From Octopus vulgaris (Eukaryota), in contig OX597822.1 of assembly GCA_951406725.2 (NCBI GenBank), forward strand, positions 87,792,001 through 87,856,000: a DNA stretch of 64,000 bases, read 5' to 3'. The notes under the pieces were generated by a model. The model had not been told where the DNA came from and did not search any database. It saw only the letters and a list, made by a program, of their open reading frames with translations. This document shows, piece by piece, positions 49,925 to 62,449 of this stretch (the first letter of the stretch is position 1; every line of letters begins with the position of its first letter). The position numbers and the translations under genes are program-made.

Positions 49925-51129
49925 GCATAATATTGTTCTGATAATATGCAAATGACTAAATGAGGAAACTGTCTCATCAACAACAGCAAAACAAATAAGA
50001 ACAGGTTATTATCAAAATCTATTATATCAGACTGTCAAGAATATTTTCAGATTTATATGTGTGTATACATATATATATATATATAACATAGAGAAATCAA
50101 AGTACTAATCACTGTATTTATATTACTTGGGGTACTGTGTATACAGCAGAGACGAGAAAACCAAAATGAACAAAGCACACAGAGCTGTGCTTAACAGTGC
50201 AGTGAATATATGTAATAAAAATGAGACTACTGAGTAATAATAATAAAAACAACAGCAATAATAATAATAATAACAATGTTGATGATTATGATAATAATGG
50301 TAAAGACGACGACAATGATCACAGGTTCCTTGGGGATTGATGAAAAAGAGATGCAGATGAGTATATGATATATGTAATAAATATAATGCCACAATTTATA
50401 TATATGCTCAAGGTACAGAAAACAGTACTACTTATGTACTGCATATATTCTACATGTTGTACTTTGTATTCAATATAGAAAAATAAAAAGCACTGCACAT
50501 ACCCAAAGCCCACAGAGCTACACTCAGTCATGCAGTGAAAGAACATACTAAAATTGGACTATTGAATGATAACAATAATTATTATTATCACTATTGTATT
50601 AAATATTTAAATATATGTTTAATACTTATAAGAGACTGTTCTTTCAATATCGCACCTTCAAATCTTTCGATTTTTATCAAAAACTATTTTTGAGAAGTGT
50701 AACGTGGCAAACAATTATCTGTCACCTTACCAGGTGATTGTCTGCCTGTGTGAAATGGTACCTTAATGAAAGTAATGAGAGAAAACTGATTAATAAGATG
50801 AAATAAAAGGGATTTCAGCATCATTATCAGTGTCTTGGAGTTTGAAGAATATGGGATGAAAAGTAGAAACAGAAACACAGAAACCACATAAATACATGCA
50901 CATTTACACACACACACATCTACATAAACATACATATGCACATACATGTATACCCATATACATACATACATATATGCAATCATGTCTGAATATGTACACA
51001 CATGCATGCACATTTATATTCATATAAATCCATATACGTACACATATATATACACATGCATGCATACATGAATACATACACACATAGATGTATACATCCA
51101 TACGCCTAAGTGAACATCCATCCATCCAT

Positions 51130-51165
<36 letters not shown>

Positions 51166-53593
51166 CATATACATACACATATATAATATTATAGTGAATA
51201 ATGCAAGAATGGATTGACAAAATGATAATATTGATAATGACGACGACAATGACAATGACGATTATGATGATGATGATGAAGGAAGATAATGATATTGATG
51301 CTGAGCCAAAATCAAAAGTTGGGAGAGCATTTTATCTCCTACTGAAAATTCATTCCTTTCTCATACGTAGTACCAATATGTATTCTTCAAAATTCTTTTT
51401 AGTGAAGAAGATCCTCAAAACTTTTGTTGGTTTGAACCAGTTTACCTTTTATTCTGGTTCCGGTTAGTTTGAACCAGTTACCCTTTTGTTCTGGTTCTAG
51501 TCAGTTTAAACCAGTTTTGTTTTTATCCTGGTTCTTTTACACGGTTGTTATGTTTTTAAAGAAATAATTTATATGTATTGTTTTTTTTTTCTTTTATAAA
51601 ATTGTAAGCTGTATTATCTAAATTATTCATTTGTCATGCTCCCACCACAGTAACCCCCTAAAACACACCGTATTTTTGTTCCTCTCCACTTTTGATCCAT
51701 GATCTCCCACCTTTGTTTGTGGAATTAAGATATCCAGATATACAACAACAATTCTGCAACAGATATTGACCAAATGTTTGTTTGTTGTTGTTGAGAGGCA
51801 GAAGCTGTCTTCCATGCATCACCCATTTACTCATTTTGAGCTAATGAGGGAACTGCTATGCTATGTGGGTGTTTGGCCTGCTAGAATTAACAGTCAGATC
51901 TCCCTCAGATCATACCCTAACTATCTTTGGGAAGGGAAGGACACATCAACTAATGTAGCTTTATATAGCCCTAAGAAACTGAGATGGTCATAACTGAAAT
52001 ATTTATTTGATCACTAGTTGACCTGGGGTTAAATTACAACAACAACAACAACAACAACCATTCACTCTGTTGTTAGTAGAGAAATTCAGCCCACATTTAA
52101 TTTATTTAATTAGATTATTCAGTCACCCATCCCCACCCCACCATAATCAGATATCTCCCCACCGTCTTCTATGGCTACTACTACTGCACCCACCCTCCTT
52201 CATGGTTCAATTCTCTTGTATTATGCATTTAATGGTTTAACTATGGTTCCACTGTGGTTCTCACTTTTACTAAACAATTTACATTTTATTATTGCAAATC
52301 TTTATAGAACTTTTTGTTAAATGTTCTTTACTGATCTCAATCTACCTATTGTTCAATTTAAAATGAAATTAAATCATAAAAAAAAAAAAAAATTCAACAA
52401 ACACGTCTTTGTTATTTTCTTAATTTTCATTTATATTGTGATTTGTTTCTTTCTATTTATTTATTTATTAATTTGTTGATGAGGATGACAAAATGTTCTG
52501 GGAAAGTTGCAAGTCGAAGTTCAACTAACAGCTCAAAATAATTCGAAAAGACAACTGGAAGTTGTAGGAAGAAATACCATATTTTCTGGCATACATTGAT
52601 GTAGCATAAGGAGTACTGTAAATATTCAAACATCAATACTATCTTCCCAAATTCTTCTGCATTTCACATGGAAATTTAGGTCTTCCAAAAGTCTCCGTTT
52701 ATAAGTTGACATACTGCTTTTGACTGTAAATTTTGGTCTGAAAAATTCAACTTGCATGCTGTAAAATATGATTTTTGTGATAGTCCTGCACAACATAGGT
52801 GGCAAGAGAGGTCATTCAGATTTGAGGAACAGAAGCCACTGGAGCAGCTGTACGTCAAACCATTAAGAGGACACAGCACATCTGTAGACCCAAAGTGTGT
52901 CAACAAAAGTCTTCATGTAATCAATCAAGTGTCCTTTCTTTGGATGTGGTCTAGGATGTCTGTATGTATATAGCAGCAGCTCCACTGCCCTAGAAATTGG
53001 AGCTGTACATCATTTTTGTTCTCAACCAATATTGTAGATAGTGGTTAAGAAATGAATATTTTCTGTCTCTGAAGAACAAAATCAGTATTTGTGATTTCTT
53101 TTTTGAAGAATTGAGGATATATGTTTGCTAAGAAAAATCCTGTGTTGGTAAGGTTTAGTATCTGTAGCAACCTCGGGAATTATTGGGTTGCAGGGTTCTA
53201 GTTATGTGGTGTTCATGTTAAGGGATGGAGTATGATAATGTTTCCGTGATATATGTAGTGATCTCGAGTTTGTGCTGTTAAAGAAGATAATGTTTGTATG
53301 GCCCTACTGTCTTTGAGATCTATGGTATAAGTACATATTTCCTGTGATATCTCTAGGTTGCATGTGGATGATGTTTTGTAAAAAAAATATTGTAAAATTT
53401 AAAATATTATATCATCATTTTGAATTAAATTTTCGTAACTATCATTAAACCATTCTGTGGAACACAGAAATGTTATTAGCACAAAAAGCTGTTGTTTTGA
53501 CAGTGCAAGTGCTAATGTGCTCCAAAATCGTTTTGATCCATAATTTTCAATAGATGGCATATACAATGATATCTATAAATTATTGAAGTCAAG

Positions 53594-54126
53594 TGTTGGA
53601 AGTTAACCAATGATACTAGTTAATCGTTTATAGACATCGAGATGTGGTGCAAAGCTGGAAGAAAATGGCACCATCGGCCATCCACGTGTCAAAGTAACAC
53701 TACTGCCTTATATACCGAAGCAAAGAATTTCAGACGCTTATTTCGTTTCATAAATAATTTTATTTTATGTCGAGATGTTTACATACAAAATGCTGGTGTT
53801 GTTAAAATGCAGAAAACATCTTTAAACAGAGTAACATAGTGCATTGAATGTGCGCACACACAAAATACAGTGCAATTGTTATGGATCAAACATAGCGTAT
53901 CATGAAAGATGATAGTCGCAGGCGTAAAAGGTAACCGTTTATTGCTGAAGTGGAAACAAAACAATAGTTATATAATTAGAAGCGCCCTCAAGTGGACTAA
54001 ATCAATTGTTCCAAAATTGCTGGGAGCAAATTATAGTTTAAGGGTGATAATCCGAATTTGCTCCATGATCCCAATCAAGGGAAATCACCCATCTTAAAGT
54101 TACGATTTTTTTCCATCATTGTTACA
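53594..54126 (-). repeat. 3' LTR of the outer gypsy element (533 bp)
   Basis: TG...CA termini; aligns to 62450-62924 with many substitutions and two larger indels. Confidence 0.88.
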
Positions 54127-54599
54127 GTAACTCCCTGGCTAGATAAAAAAACAAAAACAATAGAGAATTAACAGAAAAAAAAGGAAATGGTTGGTAAACT
54201 GCGTGACGGAAAGGCTGATCCAAAGGTGAAATGAGTGTCTACGCCAGTAGCCATTAAAGGAAACGTAACTTGGTGCATAGAGAAAGAAACTATGTGTGAC
54301 TATCACAAGAATGGATTATAAACACGTAGTGCAATGTGCCAGAAAACTAAACAATGCAAAGAAGAGTTCATCAGAAAAGGTCTGTTGAAAGAAACAATTT
54401 GCCTATAGCAAGGCAAACAGTCAAATGATACAGGAATAAATACAGTTCATTTGTATGTCAATTGACTGATTTAAATATACAATGTTTTGGATAGTTTCGA
54501 AGCCAATGTACAGAGTGTAAGATTTGGAAGGTGGTGGTGTTGGCGATGGTGGTAGTGAAACATGTGGTGGTGGTGGTGTAGGAGGTGTCTGCGAAGGTA

Positions 54600-55285
54600 G
54601 TGAGAATGTGGTGGGTGGGTGTGGCTCAGATGTATGAGCGTCAATATATGCCTTCTCGAGTCTACCAACTGAAACAGTTTCTTTTCTACCGTTTAGGTCT
54701 ACGGTGAAAACTTTGCACATTGCAGAACTCGATAATATCCTGTTTATGGAGCTATGAGAAGACCCCTCACAGAGTCATTGTGTATGAACAACTGAGTCCA
54801 CGAAGCAATGGCCTTCAGTACTGCAGACTTCAGAGATTGTGGCCGGGTGTTCATTGGTGGTAAATCGAGAAATATGATCGCAAATGGTCGACGTAATGAG
54901 ACAAATCTTTGGTAGTAGTATTAGTTGGTGCCAACATCTGGCCTGGAAATGATAGTGGTTTACAGTAGAGTAATTCGGCCGAAGAATACCCTAGATCCGC
55001 TTTCACGGAAGACCGACAACCCAAAAGGACAATGGGAAGGTACTCGATCCATCTTAGTGGATCTGGTGATGCACGAAGAGCTGCCTTCAGTTGACGGTGG
55101 AATCGCTCTACCATTCCGTTAGAAGTGGGGTGATAGCTTGTCATGCGCAAATGCTGCACGCCCAAGAGACGAGAAAGTTCACAGAAGAATTGTGATTCAA
55201 ACTGTCGCCCCCGATCGGTGGTGATCCTTGAGGAAACACCGAAATGCGATATCCAGCCTGATATAAAAGCGCGAGCGAATGATTC
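54600..55285 (-). pseudogene. Outer element integrase (C-terminal part)
   Basis: ...ES|FARAFISGWISHFGVSSRITTDRGRQFES...TSYHPTSNGMVERFHRQLKAAL...KVFTVDLNGRKETVSVGRL continues the frame EAIPLADISAES broken at the GATTC TSD. Confidence 0.9.
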
Positions 55286-55575
55286 TGTGGGATGACATCA
55301 GCAGCCGGACGTCAGCAGCGGGGTGCGTTGACCGGAAGCTGGGGCAAGCGGAAGGGGTCAGCTGTCAAGCGTGCACAGGGGGGCGGAAATTGACCTTTTC
55401 CAACGTGGGTCGTGCTGGCGACAAGACGTGAGTGGACGACGCTAAGGGTTTGGGGCTAGCAGCTGCTATCGTTAGTGTTCGGGTAGGGTGAGGAAGGACC
55501 AGTCATCTCTGGAGGATCTCCGTCACTACGAAGAGAAGGTAGGTGCCTCTATATTCAAATCGCACACTCACTACA
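55286..55575 (+). repeat. 5' LTR of the inner element (290 bp)
   Basis: TGTGGGATGAC...CACTACA; near-identical to 58775-59042. Confidence 0.96.
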
Positions 55576-55587
55576 GGCTATTTCGGC
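55576..55587 (+). promoter_or_regulatory. Putative primer-binding site complementary to the tRNA-Phe 5' end
   Basis: GGCTATTTCGGC directly abuts the 5' LTR; GCTATTTCGGC is the reverse complement of GCCGAAATAGC, nt 1-11 of metazoan tRNA-Phe(GAA). Confidence 0.6.
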
Positions 55588-55621
55588 AGTTCGTAAACAT
55601 TCTCATTTTTTTTTCAACACG

Positions 55622-58600
55622 ATGTCTGCAAAAATTAGGATCGCCAGTGACGTCGTCAGACCTTTTAACGGCGAAGGCGATGTAGTGGCCTGGATTCGGA
55701 AAATCAGGCTGGTGGCGATACTGCAGGGCATAAGCGACGTGGCGAGTCTTATGGCACTGTATTTGGAAGGGAGTGCGTTGTCGCTTTACCTAGAGATGGA
55801 TGAAGAGGAACGGCTCTGCGATGAGAATATAGAGCGGCGCTTGTGTGACGCATACACGGAATGCGAGTACACAGCTTTCGCTAAGCTAGGTGCAATCAGG
55901 TGGGCGGGAGGCCAGGTGGATGATTTTGCATCGGAAGCTAGAAGGCTAGCGACTCTGGCCGGGTTTGCCGGAGAAGGACTGGAGAGAGCAGCCCGACTGG
56001 CGTTCGTGAATGGGTTCCCCCGACGATGTAGGGATTCACCTACAACGACTGCCCGGGGTCAAAAAGATGCCATTGAGCGAACTTGTAACTCATGCTCGCG
56101 CGTTGACGAGACACTCTGGGCGGAAGGCGATAGCGATGGCGGTGACGGAGGCGCGTAAAGACGGACGACGTCCCGAGAAAGAGGTACAGAAGCTCACCGT
56201 GCAACGAGAGCGGCCGTTCTCAGGACGGTGTTTTAGATGCCAGGGATCGCACATGGCGCGGGACTGTACGCAGCCAGGGCCCGTTTGCTATCGATGCAGG
56301 CAGACAGGGCACATTGCCCGTGATTGCGGCCAGGGAAACGACCGCGGGGAAGTTGCTGCCTCTCGAACTTTCCCCTCAAACGATGGTCAGCGGTGGACGA
56401 TAGAGTGGAAATGGAAGGACGAGCCCCCGACACTGGAGAACAGGGTGAGCTGTTACCAGCATACCCTGAAAGGCCACGCCAGGGTTGAGTTTGAAGACGA
56501 GGTGGAGAGGTGGATCGAGGAAGGGGTCCTTGTCCCATGGAAGGAGGAGGTAGCGGGTGGAGTGCTACCCCTGATGGCGGTGGTGCAGCCTACGAAGGGA
56601 AAAGTCAGACCGATGCTGGACTTCAGGGAGCTAAACCAGCACATATCGTGTCACACGGGAGGTGAGGCGACAGACGTTTGTGGTGAGGCATTACGTAAGT
56701 GGAGACAGTCGACTGAGGCAGCGACGATTGTCGACTTGAGATCGGCATACTTGCAGCTCCATGTGAGCGACAAACTATGGCGATATCAGCTGGTGCGGTA
56801 CAAGGGCCGGACGTACTGTCTAACCAGGCTGGGTTTCGGGCTGAATTCCGCTCCGAAGATCATGGTGGCAGTGCTTAGGTCCGTCCTAGGGAAAGACGGC
56901 AAGATTAGAAAGGCCACCAGCTCCTACATTGACGACATTTTGGTGGACGAAACTGTAGTGCCAGCCGACGAGGTAGTTAGACATCTGGAGAAGTTCGGAC
57001 TGATTGCTAAGCCACCGGAGTCGATTGAAGGGGGAGCCGCGCTGGGGCTGAAGCTGCGAAGAGATAGATCAGGTGAATTGATGTTCCGGAGAGGAAATGA
57101 AATCCCAGAGCTGAGTTCCAGCGTCAGCAGGAGAGAGCTGTTCTCGGTGTGTGGGAAGTTGGTCGGTCACTACCCGATCGCTGGATGGCTGCGCACGGCC
57201 TGTAGCTACACCAAGAGATGAGCAGAAGGAGAGAGGTGGGGCGACAAGGTGGGAGAAGGGACGGTGGCGATGATGCAGGAGATCCTAGCGAGGACAAGAG
57301 CGGAAGACCCGGTCAGGGGGAACTGGTACGTGCCCAAGACGAAATGCGGGACCGTCTGGTGTGATGCTAGCAGTATAGCAATAGGGGTGGTGTTGGCAAT
57401 CGAAGGCACTGCGGTGGAGGACGCGGCCTGGCTTCGGAAAGCAGATGATTTCAACCACATCAATGTCGCCGAATTAGACGCGCTGCTGAAAGGGGTGAAC
57501 TTGGCCTTGAAATGGGGGCTGCGCACGATTGAAATGCGGACGGATTCGACTACTGTGCTTGGCTGGGTAGGATCGGTGATCACCGGTGACAGGAGAGTGC
57601 GGACGAAAGGTGCTGCGGAGATGTTAGTGAAGCGCCGTCTAGGAGTTCTAGGTGAATTGATCGCCGAATTCGGACTGAAGCTGAACGTGGTTTTCGTGCC
57701 TTCGGAGAAAAACAAGGTGGACGTACTGACCAGGGTGAAATGGGCGTGGTTGGAAGAACCGGAGGAGGCCCGGAAAGGGATAGCTGCGGTGTGTCGGTTG
57801 GATGACTCTGAACTGAAGAAACTGCACGCTATGCATCACCTGGGTGTGGACAGGACCCTGTATCTGGCAAAAAAAAATTGATGCTGACGTCACCAGGAGA
57901 AGCGTCCGGAAGGTGGTCGGGAGCTGCGACAGGTGTCAGTCCATCGACCCTGCTCCGTGTGGGCATGAACAGGTAAGCCTTTCCGTGGAGCAGAACTGGA
58001 AAAGGCTAGCTGTGGATGTGACACACTACCGCCAGCGAATGTACCTCTCCATGGTCGACTGTGGGCCGGGCCGGCTGGCCATTTGGAGGGAGTTGAGATC
58101 GGGCATTGCTGACGAGATCGTGCAGATCCTGAACGGGATATTTTTAGAGAGAGGTCCCGTGGAAGAACTACTGATGGACAACGGGGCGGCGTTTCGTTCG
58201 GAAGCATTGAGGGTTATGCTTGATCGGTGGAACGTGCGATGCTTGTTCAGAGCAGCGTATAGGCCGGGCGGTAACGGGATCGTGGAGAGGCACCATCGGA
58301 CAGTCAAGGCCATAGCGGAAAGAGGGCACATTTCGCCGCTTGAAGCAGTTTTTTGGTACAACTTGTCTCCCCGATCCGGACAAGCTGAGGAATCTGTGCC
58401 GCAGAAAGCTGTGTTCAAATATGAATGGAGGCACCCGAGCAAAGCGCCGGAGGGTCACGAGGAAGAGAAGGGACCCGTTCGCGTGAAAATAGGGGAGGAA
58501 GTCTGGGTCAAGCCACCAAAGGCGCGCTGTACGTCTCAATGGAGCAGAGGAACGGTGACGGCGATCAATTCCAGAAGCAACGTATCCGTAGATGGCACAC

Positions 58601-58761
58601 CACGACATGTCTTGGACCTTCGCAGGATTGTTGCTTCGACGGACGATGATTCGGGAGAGGGGGAGAATGAGGAGCCCAGCTTGAGAAGATCTCGACGAGT
58701 AAGGCGCTCTCCCGGTTGGATGGTAGACTACAACATGGAGCGGAGAGATTGTGATCTTTAA
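55622..58761 (+). pseudogene. Inner element gag-pol, disrupted; no protease domain
   Basis: gag from ATG 55622 (frameshift in a C-run near 56017), two Zn knuckles (CFRCQGSHMARDC, CYRCRQTGHIARDC), RT (RPMLDFRELN, DLRSAYLQL, LGFGLNSAP, YIDD 56925-56936), in-frame TGA at 57219-57221, RNase H (WCDAS, HINVAELDA, RTDS, NKVDVLTR), frameshift in an A-run near 57870, integrase (H..HH..C.RC; VDVT, MDNG, GNGIVERHHR). Confidence 0.93.
56333..56375 (+). promoter_or_regulatory. -1 programmed ribosomal frameshift signal (G GGA AAC + stem-loop)
   Basis: Slippery heptamer in the correct gag phase (CAG GGA AAC) just after the Zn knuckles, 6-nt spacer, then stem GGGGAAGTT (56346-56354) / AACTTTCCCC (56366-56375). 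Confidence 0.7.
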
Positions 58762-58774
58762 GATCAGGGTGGCG

Positions 58775-59042
58775 TGTGGGATGACGTCAGCAGCCGGACG
58801 TCAGCAGCGGGGTGCGTTGACCGGAAGCTGGGGCAAGCGGAAGGGGTCAGCTGTCAAGCGTGCGCAGGGGGCGGAAATTGACCTTTTCCAACGTGGGTCG
58901 TGCTGGCGACAAGACGTGCGTGGACGACGCTAAGGGTTTGGGGCTAGCAGCAGCTATCGTTAGTGTTCGGGTAGGGTGAGGAAGGACCAGTCATCTCTGG
59001 AGAAGATAGGTGCCTCTATATTCAAATCGCACACTCACTACA
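58775..59042 (+). repeat. 3' LTR of the inner element (268 bp)
   Basis: TGTGGGATGAC...CACTACA followed by the TSD GATTC. Confidence 0.96.
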
Positions 59043-59047
59043 GATTC

Positions 59048-62000
59048 AGCGGAGATATCAGCGAGGGGAATGGCTTCAGGCCATTGAGAGAAACAGTCGA
59101 CACAGGTAAGAATATAAGAGTATTATCTGTTACTAACAGGCCACGGACCGACGAGGCCGATATGAATGTGATGAAAACGACTGTCAGGTTGGTCAAATTT
59201 TCCAAGTGGCGAACGAATGTGTGTATAGATCTTGGAACGCTGGCACCGACAACAGGAACGAGATAAAGTGGTGATATCTCGTTGCATGTCTGGCCCCCAA
59301 AAGCTGGCTGTAATGAGCTTGACCGAGGCTGCAATACCTGGATGAGATAAGAAGTGCAAGGCATCGAACAGGCTTCGGCAATGGTTGTCAGTAACAAGGG
59401 GGCGAGGTGATCCTATAGATACGTCACACAGGATAGTTCTGTCTGTTGTTGACAGTACTCTAAACGACACTGAGTGAATGGTGGAGATGAGGTGTCGATT
59501 GATTGCAGAAGGGGCTGGTCGGTAGCAATGTGACCAGATCGATCGCAGCTGGAGACAAAGAACAAACTGGAAGTCTTGACAGTGCATCCACAGGGATGTT
59601 GTCTGGTCCAGAAAGGTGGTGTATATCATTTGTAAATTGTGAGATAAAGTTGAGGTGTCTGATCTCATGGGGCGAGTGTTTGTCTAATTTTGAACGAAGG
59701 GTGAAAGTCAACGGTTTGTGATCTGTGAAAACCACAAAGTCACACCCACGAGAAAATGGTGAAAATGCTTGACTGCTAGGTAAATGGCTAGCAACTCGCG
59801 CGCAAAGGTTCTGTATCTCATTTCCGGATCCCTGAGCCGACGTGAAAAGAATGCCAAGGGTTGTAGGCGTTAATTAACAACTTGCTGTAATATCGCACCA
59901 ACTGCGAAATTTGAATCAACGGTAAGTACGAGACGTGCCCCAGGAATCCGATGGGCTAGCGTAGCAACTTGAACAAAGTCTGATTTGATTATCTGGAATT
60001 CCAGCAATTCATCTGGTGAAAGGGAAATAGCCGCGTCTTTTTCGTTCTGTTCTTTAAAAGATCAGCTAGCAGCAATTTCCGAGCACAATTAGGTACGAAA
60101 CGACGATAAAAGTTGATGAGACCGAGGAAGTGTCGGAGCTGATGGAGTGATGTAGGAGGGGCTAAACCCTGGATGGCTTGGATCTTAGCGGGCCAAAGTC
60201 AAATGCTGTCGCAATCAACGACGTGTCCTAAAAATTCCAATGTGGATTTACCAAAAACATTTTGCCGGGTTCACTTTGATGTTGTACCGTGAGAGTCACT
60301 GGAACAACCGAGAAAGATGCTACTGATGTAATTCAACCATAGTACTGGCGATGAGTATGTCGTCGATATAGGCAAAAACACCTGGAAGTCCACGAGTAAC
60401 TTCGTCAATAAAGCGCTGGAACGTACTAACGGCGTTTCGCAGTCTGAATGGCATAGATAGGCCAAATGGTGTTGTCACCGCGATTTTGGGCACATCTTCT
60501 GGATTCATTGGTATTTGATGGTACGTTCGAACCAGGTCCAATTTGGAAAACACCGTGTAGTTATGCAGAGCGGATGAGAAATCCTAAAAAGGAGGTAGTG
60601 GATATCTATCAGGGGTGGTGACAGCGTTGAGACGTCTGTAGTCTCCGACTGGGTGAAGGTAAGTGTCACCTTTGCGTCCCAAATGTAGAGGACATGCACA
60701 TGGGCTGGTAGAAGGTTGTATAAGGCCGAGCTGGAGCATGTGCTCGAACTCGGCTTGAGCTATCTTGAGTTTGTCCAAAGCTAACCGTCGTGAGAAAACA
60801 AGTGAACCGGCCGTTGTGATAAAGTGTTGAGTCGAGTGGATTGCTTGGGTAGGCTTGAAGAAAAAGTTCGTCAACTCGGGAAACGAGGCGAGGAGTGTGT
60901 GAAACTGGTTTCCGATAACAGCCATGAAAAATAACAGATTGATAACAGCGGTGGTAGACTCGTGGGTAGGTGTAGATAAGGATGTGGTACTATCTAGAAG
61001 TCTCCGGCTCCTGACATCTACCAAAAGTGAATAATGGTGTAGGAAATCTGCACCGAGAATAGGATGAGGAAAGTCGGCGATGGTAAAAATTCATTTAAAG
61101 TCTCGACGTGAGGATAGGTCTAACGATAAGGATATCTGGCCATAGGCCCTGATGGGAGAGTGATTCACTGCATACAAAGAAACACTGGAAGGATTCGGCT
61201 TGATAGAGATGAACCTTAAGGGCCAAACACTACAACTAGATCCTGAGTCCACCATGAACGACTTGTGTGAGACGAGATCCCTGATAAAAAAAGCATGATA
61301 AGGTAAAATGTTATGGGAGAGATCTGACGTGTCCAAACTCTCCGAACTCAGTTTACAGATGCCCCAAATGACGTGCGTTCTCTTTGAACCTTGAATGGTA
61401 CCAACACAGCGAGGAACTGGTGGCGGCGGGGCTGGAACGGCAGCAAGAAGAAGAGCGACTATGCGGGTGATGCTGAAATGTCGCACGTGCGCGACACAGT
61501 TTAGCGACTTTACGTGTTAAGTGTTCAATGGCTCTTAATGTGGCATCTTCGCCTGTTGAGGTCGGCTGTGTCGTAGGGAGGAAGAAGAAGAAGAAGAAGA
61601 AGCAACGACTCTATCAGCCGTGGTGGGACTATGAAAAAACTCTTTAATCCTGTCCGTTGAGGCGGCAATTTGGCCGATAGTACTTGTGTCAACCATATTA
61701 GCCAGTACATTGTTTGGCAGCGGGGTTAAGAACAACTTCTTGACGAACGAGCTGTCGTCAGGTGTGGCGTCGCTGAGTTCACGAACTCGCCATAAAAAAA
61801 AGAACTCAGAAATGGTCCTATCTCCAAGATGTTCATCCTGAAGTAGGGTGCGGAACTGACTTTCTGATGACTTGGAGTTCCGTCTCAGAACTTCTGATTT
61901 GAAAGAATCATAGGAGGTGCCATGTGGAGGGTCGGTGATGAGATCCTTACAGTAGCGGCTAAAGAAGCAGGAATACCACTAAACAGGATATGCATTTTCT

Positions 62001-62100
62001 GTTGTGAAGACTGTACGCCATTTGCAGTAAAATAAGAATCGAGTTGGGCAAACCACAGCTTAGCATTGACTGCATAGGCTGGAATAGAGGTAGTAATCAT
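59048..62100 (-). pseudogene. Outer element gag-pro-RT-RNaseH-integrase (N-terminal part), fragmented
   Basis: Track ORFs 61885..62100, 61091..61486, 60584..61024, 60320..60553, 59460..59735 and 59123..59668 carry successive gypsy motifs in shifting frames. Confidence 0.9.
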
Positions 62101-62436
62101 CGTAAGGATGCTTTTGTGACAGTGATGTGCAGCAGAAATTCACCGAAGATGAAACGATCAGAAAAAACGGGTGAGGAGGAAGAAAGGCGAACGAAACTAA
62201 AAGCGAGCGTACTGCCGTTGGACTTGAATTCGAAATATAAAAAGAGATTATTGTGAAGGAGGCTGGGAACCAGGAGATCTTGGTAATGAAAAGTGAAAAT
62301 TACCTTTGAAATGGTAACAAGCGGTACCAGAGATGAAAAGGAGCTGGACATCACGTGGTGTGAAGAAAAGGTAGATATGTAGCATTCCGGGTGTCAATAT
62401 CAAAATTCCTTCAGATATATTTTTTCGTGTGCGTTT

Positions 62437-62448
62437 GTCGGGTTACCA
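62437..62448 (-). promoter_or_regulatory. Primer-binding site of the outer element, degenerate tRNA-Trp type
   Basis: TGGTAACCCGAC versus TGGTGACCCCGAC expected for the tRNA-Trp 3' end; 1 nt from the LTR. Confidence 0.7.
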
Positions 62449-62449
62449 A

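Larger units (their letters stand above)
55286..59042 (+). mobile_element. Younger GC-rich LTR retrotransposon (gypsy-type domain order gag-RT-RH-IN) nested in the outer integrase
   Basis: LTRs 55286-55575 and 58775-59042 (TG...CA; by eye 5 substitutions plus 21-bp and 1-bp indels). Perfect 5-bp TSD GATTC at 55281-55285 and 59043-59047. Purine-rich AAGATCAGGGTGGCG precedes the 3' LTR. Confidence 0.97.

Noticed and set aside
54127-54600. Possible env-like or extra ORF between the outer integrase and 3' LTR
   Set aside because: Only a Pro-rich low-complexity integrase tail and short frames; no signal peptide or transmembrane pattern
57206-58608. Long antisense ORFs (169, 138, 146 aa) in the inner LTR element
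   Set aside because: Expected shadow frames of a GC-rich coding strand; no motifs
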